A DNA stretch of 64,000 nt from Mobula hypostoma. Lineage: Eukaryota. Shown piece by piece: positions 12,422-25,898 of the stretch. The notes beneath the pieces were generated by a model that was given only the letters and a program-made list of their open reading frames with translations, did no database searches and was not told the origin of the DNA. Within the stretch, counting starts at the first letter, position 1. Every line of letters starts with the position of its first letter. Made by a program: the position numbers and the translations under genes. Where the stretch lies: positions 185,444,001-185,508,000 of the forward strand of contig NC_086097.1 of assembly GCF_963921235.1 (NCBI RefSeq), written 5' to 3'.

Positions 12422-13479
12422 CCAACTTTTCCCATTCATCCTGGCGCTTAAATTGATCAGGGACTTGCTCTCAGGTCACAAAGACTCTGCTTCGACCCCC
12501 ACCTCCACCTTCACTTGCCTTGACCAGGTCTTCCCTGCACCACCGCTCGAAACTGCTTTCCCCATCCTTTTTCACGTGCCTCCATCTCTGCCTACTGCCA
12601 CTGCTCACCTCTGTTGTTAGCATTATTAGTAATGATCAAAGTATTAATGAGGTATTTTGTAGTTCGTTTTGTATTTTGCCAGGAATAAGTAGTTAAGTTG
12701 TCACTGGGCATCACCAGTGTCATCTTAAACTGATTTTTTAAAAAAATCAAAAATACTAAGTTCAGGGAAGTTGAAATTAAAGTAGAAAATGCTCAGCATC
12801 TGTTGGAAGAGAAATAGTTTTGGGAAGCATCCCTGACTTGAAATATTAACTGTTCCTCTTGTCACGAATGCTGTCTGACTTGCAGAGTATTTCTGGCATT
12901 TTCTAATACAGATGGATTTGGTACAGTCTGATGAGACAATTAATTGAGGTGTTGGGGATTTCATAGACTCTTCTACTGCTTACATTTCATCTCTGCATGC
13001 TCCTATCATTGAGACTCATTTCTCTCTTTGATAGCCTTTCTCCTTTGGGCAATCCCAAGCTTGAGGTTCACATGAATCGGGGAGGATGTTAGAAACTTTT
13101 AATGAAACCTTAAGAACATCATTAAAGAATTTTCTTTTGTTCTCTTGGAAGTCAATTAAAATGCCTATCCTTAGTTCAGCGTGCTTGCTTTGGGAGTCTG
13201 GTGTCAGGCATGCAGATGATGTGGCCTGCTTTATAAGAGTTTATTGAGCATTGGACCCTTGGTACGGTGAAAGCTGGCATTGGATCCTCTATACAGCCAA
13301 TGGGTTTGGAGGATTTTGCAGAGACAGCACTGGTGATACTTCTAGTGCTCTGAGACACCTATTGCAGATTCCTCATGTCTCTAGCACACAGTAAAATGTA
13401 TAGAAGCTTGGCGCTGGGTTTGAGGTCTTGATCTTTGAATTTGCTTTTCCTCATTCAGCCAAAGGTTGCAATAGACATT

Positions 13480-14950
13480 CTTCAGGAGAGTAAACCTCTG
13501 AATAGCTTCTGATCCGGGTGGCATACCTGTGCATAGCTGGATATTTGTGGACACATTCAACCTATAGATTCTGCGGTCTGGGTTCCCACATGTTTTAAAA
13601 GGGCATCTATTGTACAAGTACCCACAAAGAGTATGACTTGCCTCGATGACTACCTAACATTGCTGTAGCGTTAACATCAACTCTATTGAAGTGCTTCAAG
13701 ACGTTGGCACAAATCAACTCCTATCTCAGAAATTACTTGGATCCATTTCAATTTGCCTTTTGCCACAACAAGTCAACAGCAGATTCAATTTCTCTGCCTC
13801 TTCTCTCCTGAACTACAGGAACATTCACGACAGGCTGTTATTCATTGACTGCATCTGACTTTCAACACAATCATTCCATCCAGACTCATCAGGCCCTAAG
13901 ATCTGAGCCTCTGGACTTCCCTCTGCAACTGGATTGACAACATCCTTATCTGCTGACCACAATAAGTGAGGATTTGTAACAATGTCTTCTCCTCCCTGAT
14001 CATCAATACAGGTGCACCTCGAGACTGTGTTTAGCCTCTGCTCATCTCCCTAATCACCCAGACTCTGCAGCTAAACACAGATCCAGTGCCATATACTGAT
14101 GACACTACTGTTGTTGGATGAATCACATGCTGAATAATCAAGGCACAGGAGCAAGATAGGACACCTAATTGAGTGGTCCCACAACAACTCTTGCTTAATA
14201 GCTGTACAACTAAGGAGCTGACTGTTTGTTTCAGGAAGGGGAGGTGGATGAATATGTTCCAGGCTCAGTAGTGAATCAGTGGTGGAGCAGGTCAGCAGTT
14301 TTAAATTCCTAGGATTTAACATATCAGATCACTTGGACCTGGCACAGAGATGTAATAAAGGAGGTGTGCCAGCATTAGAAGACTAAGGAGATTTGGCATG
14401 TCATTGAAAACTCTAAGATGTACTCAATAGATGTAGTGTTGAAAGTACGCTAACTGGCTGCATCATGGTCTGGTACAGCAATTTGAAAGTACAGAAATGC
14501 AAGAAGTCGCGTAGAGTAGTGAACTCTACCCAATACATCAAGGGCACATCGCTTCATACCATCAGTATCAACAGTAGACATGAGTCACTGGCTCAAGAAG
14601 GTAAGATCTATCATCAAGTATCCTCATCATCCAGGCCATTTCAGTCATCTTGCAGTTAACAGAAGGCAGGAGTAGCAGAAACCTGAAATCCCATGTTCAA
14701 AAACAGCTACTTCCCTTCAACAATTCGGCTCTTACACAAACCTAATCATTATCTCAGTATAGCAACACTGACCACTTTGAATCATTTTACATTGCAATAG
14801 ACTGTTCTAATCGTGTTCTTTTTGTAAAGATTGTGCATGATGCACATTTTAATTTGTTTTTCTTGTGAACATTGTGTGTCTGATGTTGCTGCAAGTAACT
14901 TTTTCATTGCGCCTGTGCACACGTGTACTCGGTTTTATCACTTCGACTTT
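13480..14950 (+). mobile_element. Decayed Rex1/Babar-type LINE (RT region to 3' end)
   Basis: FPTCFKRASIVQVP and LDPFQFAFCHNKSTAD; colinear with the Rex1-type copy at 20596-27015. Confidence 0.75.
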
Positions 14951-17094
14951 GATTATAGTGTATCAGCTTTCATTGCACAATGGAGAAATATTCAACATCC
15001 AGACTTGCAATACAACTTCTGTTATTTAATTTCTATTTCACTTTCCTTTTTTCTCTCCTTTGCTCACAATTTCAGCCCAATGCCAAATCACCCATAGCAC
15101 TGACCTACATGGTAAATACAACACTACCTTTAGAAGATCTACCAGAGCCAGCTTTTCAGATGAAGCAATCCTAATCCACATGTGGGTGTCCTGAAAAATA
15201 CCCCTTCCAAACTGGGTGCTTCTCTTCTATTACTTCAGTTTGTCCCAGTTAACATTTTTCCTTCTCTATTTGTAGTGACATTATACAAAACTCTAAATTC
15301 AAAACGAGTTGCAACATCAAGCAGTGATTTTCAGTCTGAATTCTTTTGGAACTAAGTAAATTCCAAATAAATCTGAATTTTGTATCAGTGGTATTTTGTT
15401 GAGCCAATGGAATTTTGTATTGTGTTTTGCATATTTCAGACATATTGTATCTTGAAGAAATAGCTGTCTTTTTAATGGGTTTGCTAACACTCATTAATGT
15501 CTTCAGACCACAGGTCTTCTGCTACTCTCAACAGTAGAATATTAAAATAGATTCCATGAATTCAATGACTTTAATTTTTTTTTTGCTACTCATTTAGCAA
15601 TTTTATAGTTTATTGTCTGCAGAGTTTAATTCCAGCAAGGGCAACTGAAGGGATTGTGCATGCTAATTGATGCTATGATATAGTCCATTGCTCAGTGAGT
15701 GCCCCAGTTAGTATGTACTTCACACAGTGGCAAACAATAATGGTTCATTTATAATAGTAATCTTCAAGAAGCAGTTATTATAGCATTGACTAAATAATTA
15801 TAAGTGGTCTTTGAAACTCTTAAGGAAAGAAAGCCATATAAAAAGAGATCAAGGTGGCAGGCTAGAGAACAAATAAGGTCTATGATTGTGTCAATGAAGT
15901 TCTTGGTGCAGAGGTAACCAACATACAACACAATGGAGCACAGAAGATCAAAAACAGTGATTACCAGCTTCAGCAAAGATGAAAGTTTCCCTGCTGGTAC
16001 ATGGCTGTATTGGATGACATGGGTACAGCAAGAGAAAAAACAGGCAGAACTAATGCACCAAAGGGAATCAAACCAATTTTCTACCCATCGTGGTATTTGT
16101 GAAGGAAGTAAGTGATTTTGGATTTCCTTCCATAAATTTCTCTCTGCTGCACCACTTCCCATGCTACAGAGAGTGAATTCCAATCTATGCAAGGATAAAT
16201 GACAATGTCCTTGCATTTCACATTTATTTTTTCTGCACCCTCATTGGCCTTGTGGTTGACAAATCCTTTGAAGTGCAGGTCCGTACAGAACATACAGCTG
16301 CATGCTTCAGTGGCCTTCTGCGTACAGTTAGTTTCACCTGGAGACTCGGAATTCAAAGGTGAACAAGAGCAGATGGTGAAGAAAAGACAGCAGATGAGAG
16401 CCCATGGCGGAAAGAACAGTGCTCTCCAAATTCTGCTCTGCTGGAGACGGAACCTGTACCTCCAGGGCTGTTACTAGAAAAGCAATACTCTGCACAGCAG
16501 GTGGAATATTGCCATACATTGGCAGGAATTCCAAACGTACTGACATGATTGCTGAAAGACAGTAATAAACTACTGAGTTTTTACACTTGTCCCAATAATG
16601 AATAGCATATAGTATTTTGAAATATAGTTGACATTCTGAGGGAAACCCAAGAGCCAATTTGCACATATCAAGTCACTCAATAACCTCATTAAGTGATGTT
16701 AATTAGAGAATGAATAATTGCCAAAACACTGCTACTGCTTCACACTAAGAGTTATGAGATCTTTTACAACCACTTGATTTCACCTCTCATCTGATTGATG
16801 GTACCCCTTTCAGTGCTGTAATGAATCTTGATCACATAACAAATGAGAGTTGAACTCAGGATCTTCTGATTCCAAAATTATTGTATTACCCACTAACCTA
16901 CAGCTGCCATGGTGAAAGGAGTAGTCTACCTCAAACTCTTATCTTATCCATGAGCAAACGAAGAGAGGTGATAATATAGAACATACAGCACTTGGCTGAC
17001 CATTTGGCCCATGATGTGCTGATCTTGATACCAATTTATACTAAATGTCCTCCCTCTGTGTATCATCCATATTGTTCCATTCATATTTCATTAC

Positions 17095-18240
17095 CTCCAT
17101 TCTAGTGTGGTCTGATTGGTGTCTTATAAAGGCTCAACATTATCTCCTTGATTTTATATTCTGTTCCTCTTGAAATAAATGCCAACATTGCATTTACTTT
17201 CTTTTCCACAGACTCAACCTGTAAATTAACCTTCTGGGAGTCTTGCATGAGGACCCGAGTCCTTCTGGAGTTCTGATGTTTGAACCTTCTCCCCATTTGG
17301 ATAATAGTCCACACTATTATTCTTTTTACCAAAATGCATTATCATATATTTCCCAACACTGTATTCCATCTGCCACTTTTTTGCCCATTCTTCCAATTTG
17401 TCTAAGTCCTGCTGCAATCACATCCTCAGCACTACCTACCCCTTCACCTATCTTTGTATCATCTGCAAACTTTGCCACAAAGCCATCAATTCCATTATCT
17501 AATTCATTGGCAAACAATGTGAAAAGCAGTGGCCCCAATACTGATCCCAGTGGAACACCTCTAGTCACCAGCAGCCAACCAAAAAAGGCCCCTATAATTC
17601 CCAATTGCTACCTGTCAGCCATTCCACTATCTTTCATGTTATACAATAGGATTTTATCTTGTTAAGCAGCCTCATGTGTGACACCTTATCAAATGTCTTC
17701 TGAAAATCCAAGTCAGTGACATCCCCTTGGTCTACCTTTGTCCACCCTGCTTGTTACTTAATGAACTCTAACAGATGTGTCAGGCAAGATTTCCCTTTAC
17801 AGAAATCATGCTGACTTTGACTTATTTTTATCATTAGTCTCCAAGTACCCTAAATCTCACCCTTAATAATAGGCTCCAACACTTTCCCAACCACTGAGGT
17901 TAGGCTAACTGGCCTATAGTTTCCTTTCTTTTGCCTTCCTCCCTTCTTAAAGAGTGGAGCGACATTTGCTATCTTCCAATCCTCTGGGGCCATACCAGAA
18001 TCAAGTGATTCTTGAAAGATCATGACTAATGCATCTGTTATCTCTTCAGCAACCTCTCCCAGGACTCTGGGATATAGTCCATCTGGCTCAGGTGACTTAT
18101 CCAACTTAAGACCTTTTGAGTTTGCCTAGCATTATTTCCTTTCTATTCCTTTTAAGTGCAATGACACTTACTTCTGCTCCCTGACACTTATGGACCTCTG
18201 GCACACTGCTACTGTCTTCCACAGTGAAGACAGATGAAAA
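17095..18240 (-). mobile_element. CR1-type LINE RT fragment
   Basis: ORFs 17850-18104 (DKSPEPDGLYPRVL..NYRPVSLTSVVGK) and 17326-17604 (GVPLGSVLGPLLF..KFADDTK). Confidence 0.9.
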
Positions 18241-18289
18241 TAGTCTTACTGCAGTCTTTAACTGTTCTCATTTCAAAAATACCAGTCTT

Positions 18290-20594
18290 GATGTCATTCT
18301 CAATGAAGGTCAGCAAAGAATGCCAGTTAACCATTGGGAGAGGGTGAGCTGATTAGCATGGAGCCCTCTGTGGCATGATCAGCCATGTTGAAATCAATAG
18401 CGCTATAGTTCCATTGGCTCTTCTAAGTTGATTGCTTGATATGTTGGATCCTATCACATACATAAATATAGGATCTCCTTCTTTCATTAAATAAATAATC
18501 TAACACAATCTTGCTACCGGCAATGAACTTTATATCATCTAGTTCTATGTCTAGGTCTTTGGTTATTATCTCTGCTATCCCAACTACAAGACCAGCAGCA
18601 CTGGGTTTAAGCCTTGGTATAGTGACATCTGGTTTGGGAGCCTTGCCCAGGATGAATCCAACTTCACTATATCCAGCAGCATCTCTGACCTTCAGCTATG
18701 CAACAGCAGCTATAGCTTTAGTTGCTGCATCATAGAAGATGCAGACTTTTTTAGCTGTATATACTTGAATTTTTGTGTAGATTCCTGGAAGCTTCAAACC
18801 TGTGTGGGAAGATCACTGCTGCCACTGCTCACATTTCTCCTCGGAGTGGGGCATCCCATCCACAGCTGACTCCTTTGTCTAAACTAGAAAATTATTTAAT
18901 ACCATCATCAATATAGAAATGCCTCACTATGTACCTCTGATCTTCAATCCCGAATCCCTCCTCTCCCTCAATAGCTGTCCTCTTAAGGCTGTAGATTGCC
19001 ACAACCCAACTGTTTGACTCATCTTTGCTAGCCTCTCTGTCCATGATTCAAGGGAAGACCTCACCTTCGATGGAAGCTGCTAGTTCTGAGTGACAGAAGA
19101 CCTGCTTGCTTAAATCTGGTTGAGCAGAAGTATGGCAGAGAGCTTGGTTTGCTTACGGACAATCTTCTCTTTCATCAGATTCTACTTTCACAGGGTCTAA
19201 ATGACTGAGGCGCCATTTCTCCAGAACATTAGTCTTAAATGTGCTGACAGTGGTCTGATGAGCACCACTGAGGCAACCCAGGTCCAGTCAGTGGGCATAA
19301 GGTGCATTGTGTTGACCATTGCACTGTTCACATACTTCATGTGAATGTATGGTATCTCTGTCAAGTAAAAGTAAAATCTCAGCAGAAGAGTCAAGTGGGT
19401 GGGGGGGTATCTTGTCAGCTATCCCTGTTGTTGGTAATATGGTTGCACTCAATGAGAGTGTGACAAGAGTAAGCAAACCATCCCTCCTATTGAATCAATG
19501 AAAAATCCCCTGGCTCTTCAAGCAACTTCTGATGTTCCAGAACTAATGTCTAGAGTGTACAAGGAAGCAGAACTTTGAATACCGAATATACCAAGGAATG
19601 TTGATTTTGCCAATGACACAATGCTCTGATCATCCAATATCACATGTACCTTTAGTTTTTCGCTCAGGATTGATGTTGGCTAGACATATTTTAGAGCAGG
19701 ATTTGCCATGAAAGTCTTTCCCACATACCTCTGTGCATGAAGGAGTAGCTACATCTGGTGGATGCTCAGCTGACTCCTGTCATGCTCTGCTGAGGTGTGC
19801 TGAAACCACTAGTAGCCCCAGGTGCTGGCACTGAATGAAGTGCTACTATGTGCTGGTCACTGTAGCACTCAGTGCAGTGTATGATAGCTTTACAGTCTTT
19901 TGCTTAGTGCTCTATCAAAGCACAATGTTTGAAAGACACTGAGTGCTCCTTTAGAAAGTATCTCCACCTGTAAACTGAATCCTTTGCATTTCCTTAAGAG
20001 GTGAGGACAGGGCATTGTCTATCAGAGTACATAATAGAATTTTCTCTTTCAGTTTTGTTGACTGTGATAAGGGTTCTGGTTTGCAATGCTTTTGTTGGAG
20101 ATCTCCCTTTGAATGAGGCATTGCCAGAAGTTGAGAGCACACAACTAGGGTCAATTCACATTTCTGCATGGCAGCAGACAAATTCCACAATTAATGAAAA
20201 TGGCAGATAGTGGGTATGACGCTTCATTCTATACTCGAAACCTTCAGTTAGCCACTGTTCATGTATGTCACTTGGCAGTTTCTCCACTAGAGGGTTTATT
20301 CCTCTTGCTGTGTTCAAGAATCTCAACCCTAGTAGGTAACCTTTGTTTTTTTTGTTTGTTTGTTTTTTTGTTTGTTTTTTTTTTGCAGCTTGCAGTTCCA
20401 ACAACAGGTCTGCAAGCTCCAGTAGTTTCTGCAGTTCTTTGTGTGAGAGCTTTGGAAAATGATCTAGTCTGCTGAAGAGAGGTTTTTTGATTGCCTCTGG
20501 AGAGCCATAGCATTTGTCCAGCCTCTGTCACAGAATTTGTAAACTGCATTATTAATGTGCACTGCCCTAACCCTTCGTGCGTGTAGCAGTGTCT
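18290..20594 (-). mobile_element. Decayed BEL/Pao LTR retrotransposon, gag C-terminus to pol (internally deleted)
   Basis: gag FLNTARGINPLVEKLP..EQW..PFS (20156-20404); protease VILDDQS (~19622-19645); RNase H-like CIFYDAATKAIAAVA..VGFILGKAPKPDVTIPRL (~18600-18745). Confidence 0.82.
20341..20385 (+). repeat. T-rich (TTTG)n microsatellite inside the BEL gag
   Basis: ctttgtttttttttgtttgtttgtttttttgtttgttttttttttg-type low-complexity run. Confidence 0.8.
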
Positions 20595-22709
20595 TGCAGT
20601 AATCAACAGGCATGAAACAACTCACCTTGTTGCCTTCCCCATTGTTTTGGGGGATTTTAACTAGACCAGCTTGATAAAGTTGGTCTGCTTAAATTATAAT
20701 CAACAAATCACCTATAGTACCAGAGGAAATAACACACTGGACCATTGTTAACACCAAGTTCAAGAATGCCTACCATGCTATTCCACACCCTCACTTCGGG
20801 AAGGCTGATCACCTGGCTGTACTTCTCCTCCCTGGGTATAGGCAGAGACTGAGGACTGCACCACCAGTAGTGAGGCTCAGGAAGGTACGGACCAGGAAGG
20901 CACAGGACTGCTTTGAATCAGTGGGCTGGACTCTGTACAGGGAATCATCTTCAAACTGGGATGAGTATGCCACGGTTCTCACTGGCTTCATTAAAAACTG
21001 TAGATGAGCGTGTTCCTATGAAAATTTATCGTACATTCCCAAACCAAAAACATAGATGAAGCAGGAGGCTCGTAGTCTGTTGAGGACTCGATCTGTGGCA
21101 TTTAAGTCTGGTGATCTAGGTCTGTGTAAGAAAGCCTGGAGGGCTATTTCAAGAACCAAGAAACTGTTCTGGGAGAGGTTGGAGCCAACATTGCATGCAC
21201 ATCAACTCTGGTGGGGTTTGCAGTCCATGACATCCTAGAAAGGAAAACCCAATGTCATGAATGGAGTCAATGCTTGACTACCAGATAAGCTCAATGCCTT
21301 TGATGCTCACTTTGAAAGATAGTATAAAACCACAGCTATGAGGATCCCGGCAGCATCCAATGTCCTTGTGATCTTTGTCTCGGAGGCCAACGTCAGGCCA
21401 TCTTTCAAGAAGATGAACCCTTGCAAGGCAGAAAGGCCTGATGGAGTACTTGGTGAGGCTCTGAAAACGTGTGCCAACCAACCGGCGGGAATATTCAAAA
21501 ATATTTTTGTTCTTTCACTGCTACAGTTGGAAGGGCAACAATTATCCCAATGGCCAAGAAGAGGAGTGGAAGCTGCCTCAACAACTATCGTCCAGTAGCA
21601 CCCTCATCTATAGTGATGAAATGCTTTGAGAGGTTGGTCATGGCTAGAATCAACACCTGTCTCAGGAAAGACCTGAACCCTCTGAAATTTGCCTATCGCC
21701 ACAATAGGTCTACAGCAGATGCAATCTCAATAGCTCACCATTGGTTCACCTGGATAATGCAAATACCTATGTCAGGATGCTGTTTATTGACTATAGCTCA
21801 GCATTTAACACTATCATTCCTACAGTCCTGATCAAAAAGCTACAGAACCTAGGCTTCTATACCTTCCTCTGCAACTGGATGCTCGACTTCCTAGCCAGAA
21901 GATCACAATCTGTGCAGATTGAAAACGACATCTACGCCTCGCTGACAATTAACAGTCCATGGGGATGTGTGCTAAGCCCACTGATCTACTCTCTCCACAT
22001 CCATGACTGTGTAGCTAGGCATAGCTCAAATACCATCTATAAATTTGCTGATGATATAGCCATTTTTGAGAGAATTTCAGATGGTGACAGAATCAGAATT
22101 AGGTTTATTATCACTAGCATGTGTCATGAAATTTGTTAACCTAGCGGCAGCCTTTCAGTGCGATATAATAGAAGAAATAAAAATAATAAATAATTAAAAC
22201 AATTACAGTATGCATAAAATAGATTAAAAATCGTGCAAAAACAAATAATATATTTTAAAAATGAGGTAGTGTTCTCGGGATCAATGTCCATTTAGAAATC
22301 GGATGGCAGAGGAGAAGAAACTGTTCCTGAATCACTGAGTGTGTGCCTTCAGGCTTCTGTACCTCCTACTTGATGGTAACAGTGAGAAAAGGCCATGCCG
22401 TGGGTGCTGGGGTTCCTTAATAATGGACGCTGCCTTTCTGAGACACCGTTCATTGAAGATGTCCTGCATACTTTGTACGCTAGTACCCAAGGAGGATCTG
22501 ACTAAATCTATAACCCTCTGCGGCTTCTTTCAGTCCTGTGCAGTAGAGCCACGCTTCCCATACCAGACAGTGATGCAGCCTGTCAGAATGCTCTTCATGG
22601 TACATCTATAGAAGTTTGAGTTTTTATTGACATACCAAATCCCTTTGAACTCCTAATGAAGTATAGTCACTGGCTTGCCTTCTTTGTATCTGCATCAATA
22701 TGTTGGGAC

Positions 22710-24163
22710 AATACACATCAAAGTTGCTGGTGAATGCAGCAGGCCAGGCAGCATCTGTAGGAAGAGGTGCAGTCGATGTTTCAGGTCAAGAGCCTTCGTC
22801 AGGACTAACTGAAGGCAGAGTGAGTAAGGGATTTGAAAGTTGGAGGGGGAGGGGGAGATCCAAAATGATAGGAGAAGACAGGAGGGGGAGGGATAGAGCC
22901 AAGAGCTGGACAGATGATGGGCAAAAGGGGATACGAGAGGATCATGGGACAGGAGGTCCGGGAAGAAAGACGGGGGGGGGGGACCCAGAGGATGGGCAAG
23001 AGGTTATTCAGAGGGACAGAGGGAGAAAAAGGAGAGTGAGAGAAAGAATGTGTGCATAAAACTAAGTAACAGATAGGGTACGAGGGGGAGGTGGGGCCTT
23101 AGCAGAAGTTAGAGAAGTCGATGTTCATGCCATCAGGTTGGAGGCTACCCAGACGGAATACAAGGTGTTGTTCCTCCAACCTGAGTGTGGCTTCATCTTT
23201 ACAGTAGAGGAGGTCGTGGATAGACATGTCAGAATGGGAATGGGATGTGGAATTAAAATGTGTGGCCACTGGGAGATCCTGCTTTCTCTGGCGGACAGAG
23301 CGTAGATGTTCAGCAAAGCGGTCTCCCAGTCTGCGTCGGGTCTCGCCAATATATAAAAGGCCACATCGGGAGCACCGGATGCAGTATATCACCCTGGCCG
23401 ACTCACAGGTGAAGTGTTGCCTCACCTGGAAGGACTGTTTGGGGCCCTGAGTGGTGGTAAGGGAGGAAGTGTAAGGGCATGTGTAGCACTTGTTCCGCTT
23501 ACAAGGATAAGTGCCAGGAGGGAGATCAGTGGGGAGGGATGGGGGGGGGGACGAATGGACAAGGGAGTTGCGTAGGGAGCGATCCCTGCGGAATGCAGGG
23601 GGGGGGGAGGGAAAGATGTGCTTAGTGATGGGATCCAGTTGGAGGTGGCGGAAGTTACAGAGAATAATATGTTGGACCCGGAGACTGGTGGAGTGGTAGG
23701 TGAGGACCAGGGGAACCCTATTCCTAGTGGGGTGGCGGGAGGATGGAGTGAGAGCAGAAGTACGTGAAATGGGGGAGATGCATTTAAGAGCAGAGTTGAT
23801 AGTGGAGGAAGGGAAGCCCCTTTCTTTAAAAAAGGAAGACATCTCCCTTGTCCTAGAATGAAAAGCCTCATCCTGAGAGTAGATGCGGCGGAGACAGAGG
23901 AATTGCGAGAAGGGGATGGCGTTTTTGCAAGAGACAGGGGGAGAAGAGGAATAGTCCAGATAGCTGAGAGAGTCAGTAGGCTTATAGTAGAGATCAGTGG
24001 ATAAGCTGTCTCCAGAGACAAAGATCTAGAAAGGGGAGGGAGGTGTCGGAAATGGACCAGGTAAACTTGAGGGCAGGGTGAAAGTCGGAGGCAAAGTTAG
24101 TGAAGTCAACGAGTTCCGCATGCGTGCAGGAAAAAGCGTCAATGCAGTCGTCGATGTAGCGAA
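22710..24163 (-). mobile_element. 5'-truncated Neptune-type Penelope-like element (RT C-half, Cys-rich linker, GIY-YIG, pLTR)
   Basis: 10-bp TSD ATGTTGGGAC at 22700-22709 and 24164-24173; begins at RYIDDC; 247-aa ORF 23099-23842 with PCKRNKCYTC linker and VIY..YIG motif. Confidence 0.92.
22771..22806 (-). ncRNA. Minimal hammerhead ribozyme motif, variant copy
   Basis: AGUC CUGACGA AGG CUCUUGA CCU GAAA CAUC GACU: stems I and II intact, loop II changed, AUC triplet, palindrome broken. Confidence 0.7.
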
Positions 24164-25898
24164 ATGTTGGGACCAGGTTAGGTCGTCAGAGATTTTGACA
24201 CACAGGAACTTGAGACTGCTCTCTCTCCACTTCTGATCCCTCTGTGAAGATTGGTATGTGTTCCTTCATCTTTCTTCCTGAAATCCACAATCTGCTGTTT
24301 CGTCTTACTGATGCTGAGTAAAAGGTTGTTGCTGTGACACCACTCCACCAGTTGGCATATCTCACTCCTATACATCCTCTCGTCACCATCTGAGATTCTA
24401 CCAACAATGGTTGTATCATCAGCAAATTTATAGATGGTATTTGAGCTATGCCTAGCCACACAGTCATGGATATACAGAGAGTAGAGCAGTGGGGTAAGCA
24501 CACACCCCTGAGGTGCACCAATGTTGATTGTCAGCGAGGAGGAGATATTATCACCAGTCAATATTAGCACAGATTATGGACTTCTGGTTAGGAAGTCAAG
24601 GACAGTTGCAGAGGGAGGTACAGAGCCCCAGGTTCTGTAACTTATCAATCAGGATTGTGGGAATGATGGTGTTGAGTGCTGAGCTATAGTCAATGAACAG
24701 CATCCTGACATAGGTGTTTGTATTGTCCAGGTGGTCTAAGGTCATGTGAAGAGCCATTGAGGTTGCGTCTGCCATTGACTTATTGTGATAGCCGAATTGC
24801 AGTGGGCCAGGTCCTTGTTGAGGCAGGAGTTCAGTCTAGTCATGACCAACCTCTCAAAGCATTTCATCACTGTAGATGTAGGTGCTACTGAACGATAGTC
24901 ATTAAGGCAGCTCACATTATTCTTCTTAGGCACTGGTATAATTGTTGCCTTTTTGAAGCATGTGGAAACTTCTGCCTATAGCAGTGAGAGGTTGAAAATG
25001 TCCTGAATATTTCCCCCATTTGGTTGGCACAAGTTTTCAGAACCTTACCAGGTACTCCAGGACTTTCCACCTTGAGAGGGTTCACCCTCTTTAAAGACAG
25101 CCTAACATCAGCCTGAGACAGAGATCACAGGGTCATCAGGTTCGACAGGGATCTTCACAGCTGTAGTTATATTCTCCATATCAAAATGGGCATTGAAAGT
25201 GTTAAGTTAATCGGGTAATGAAGCATCGCTGCCATCCATGCTATTGGGTTTCGCTTTGTAGAAAGTAATATCTTGCAAACCCTGCCAGAGTTGTTGTACA
25301 TCCGATGTCACCTCCAACCTCATTTGAATTTGTCTCTTTGCCCTTGAAATAGCCCTCTGCAAATCATACCTGGTTTTCTGGTACAGGCCTGGGTTGCCAG
25401 ACTTGAATGCCACAGATCTAGCCTTCAGCAGATGACATATCCCCTTGGTTCATCCACGGCTTTTGATTTGGGAATGTACAGTAGGTCTTTGTAGGCACAC
25501 ACTCATCCACACAGGAAGGAAGACGTACAGAAGTGAGATGTATCATTTAGTTGAGTGGTGTTTCAGCAATAACCTTGCACTCAAAATCAGCAAGACCAAA
25601 GAGTTGATTGCTGACTTCAGGAAGGGTAAGATGGGACCACAAACCCAACCCTCTTAGAGGGATCAGAAGTGGAGAGAGTAAGCAGTTTCAAGTTCCTGTG
25701 TGTCTGTCTCTGAGGACCTAACCTGGATACAATATATTGATGCAACTATAAAGAAGGCAAGACAGTGGCAATATTTCATATTTGAGGGGATTTGGTTTGT
25801 CAACTAAAACACTCAAAGACTTCTACAAATGTACCGTGGAGAACAATCTGACTGACTCACTGGCATGGGGGAGGGCTACTGAACACGATCAAAATAAG

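Larger units (their letters stand above)
22089..25512 (-). mobile_element. Rex1/Babar-type LINE inserted antisense into another Rex1 copy; itself interrupted by a Penelope
   Basis: ORFs 24178-24570 (GAPQGCVLTPLLYSLY..KFADD), 24742-24933, 25207-25413; 3' tail at ~22089-22110. Confidence 0.85.

Noticed and set aside
12780..12905. Possible very old palindromic pLTR-derived element (similar relic at ~6290-6370)
   Set aside because: Too decayed; no hammerhead core or TSD can be supported.
15764..16666. Cluster of overlapping 60-150 aa ORFs and a GTAAGT donor-like site near 16109
   Set aside because: No recognisable domain; the candidate exon from the nearest upstream acceptor has stops in all three frames.
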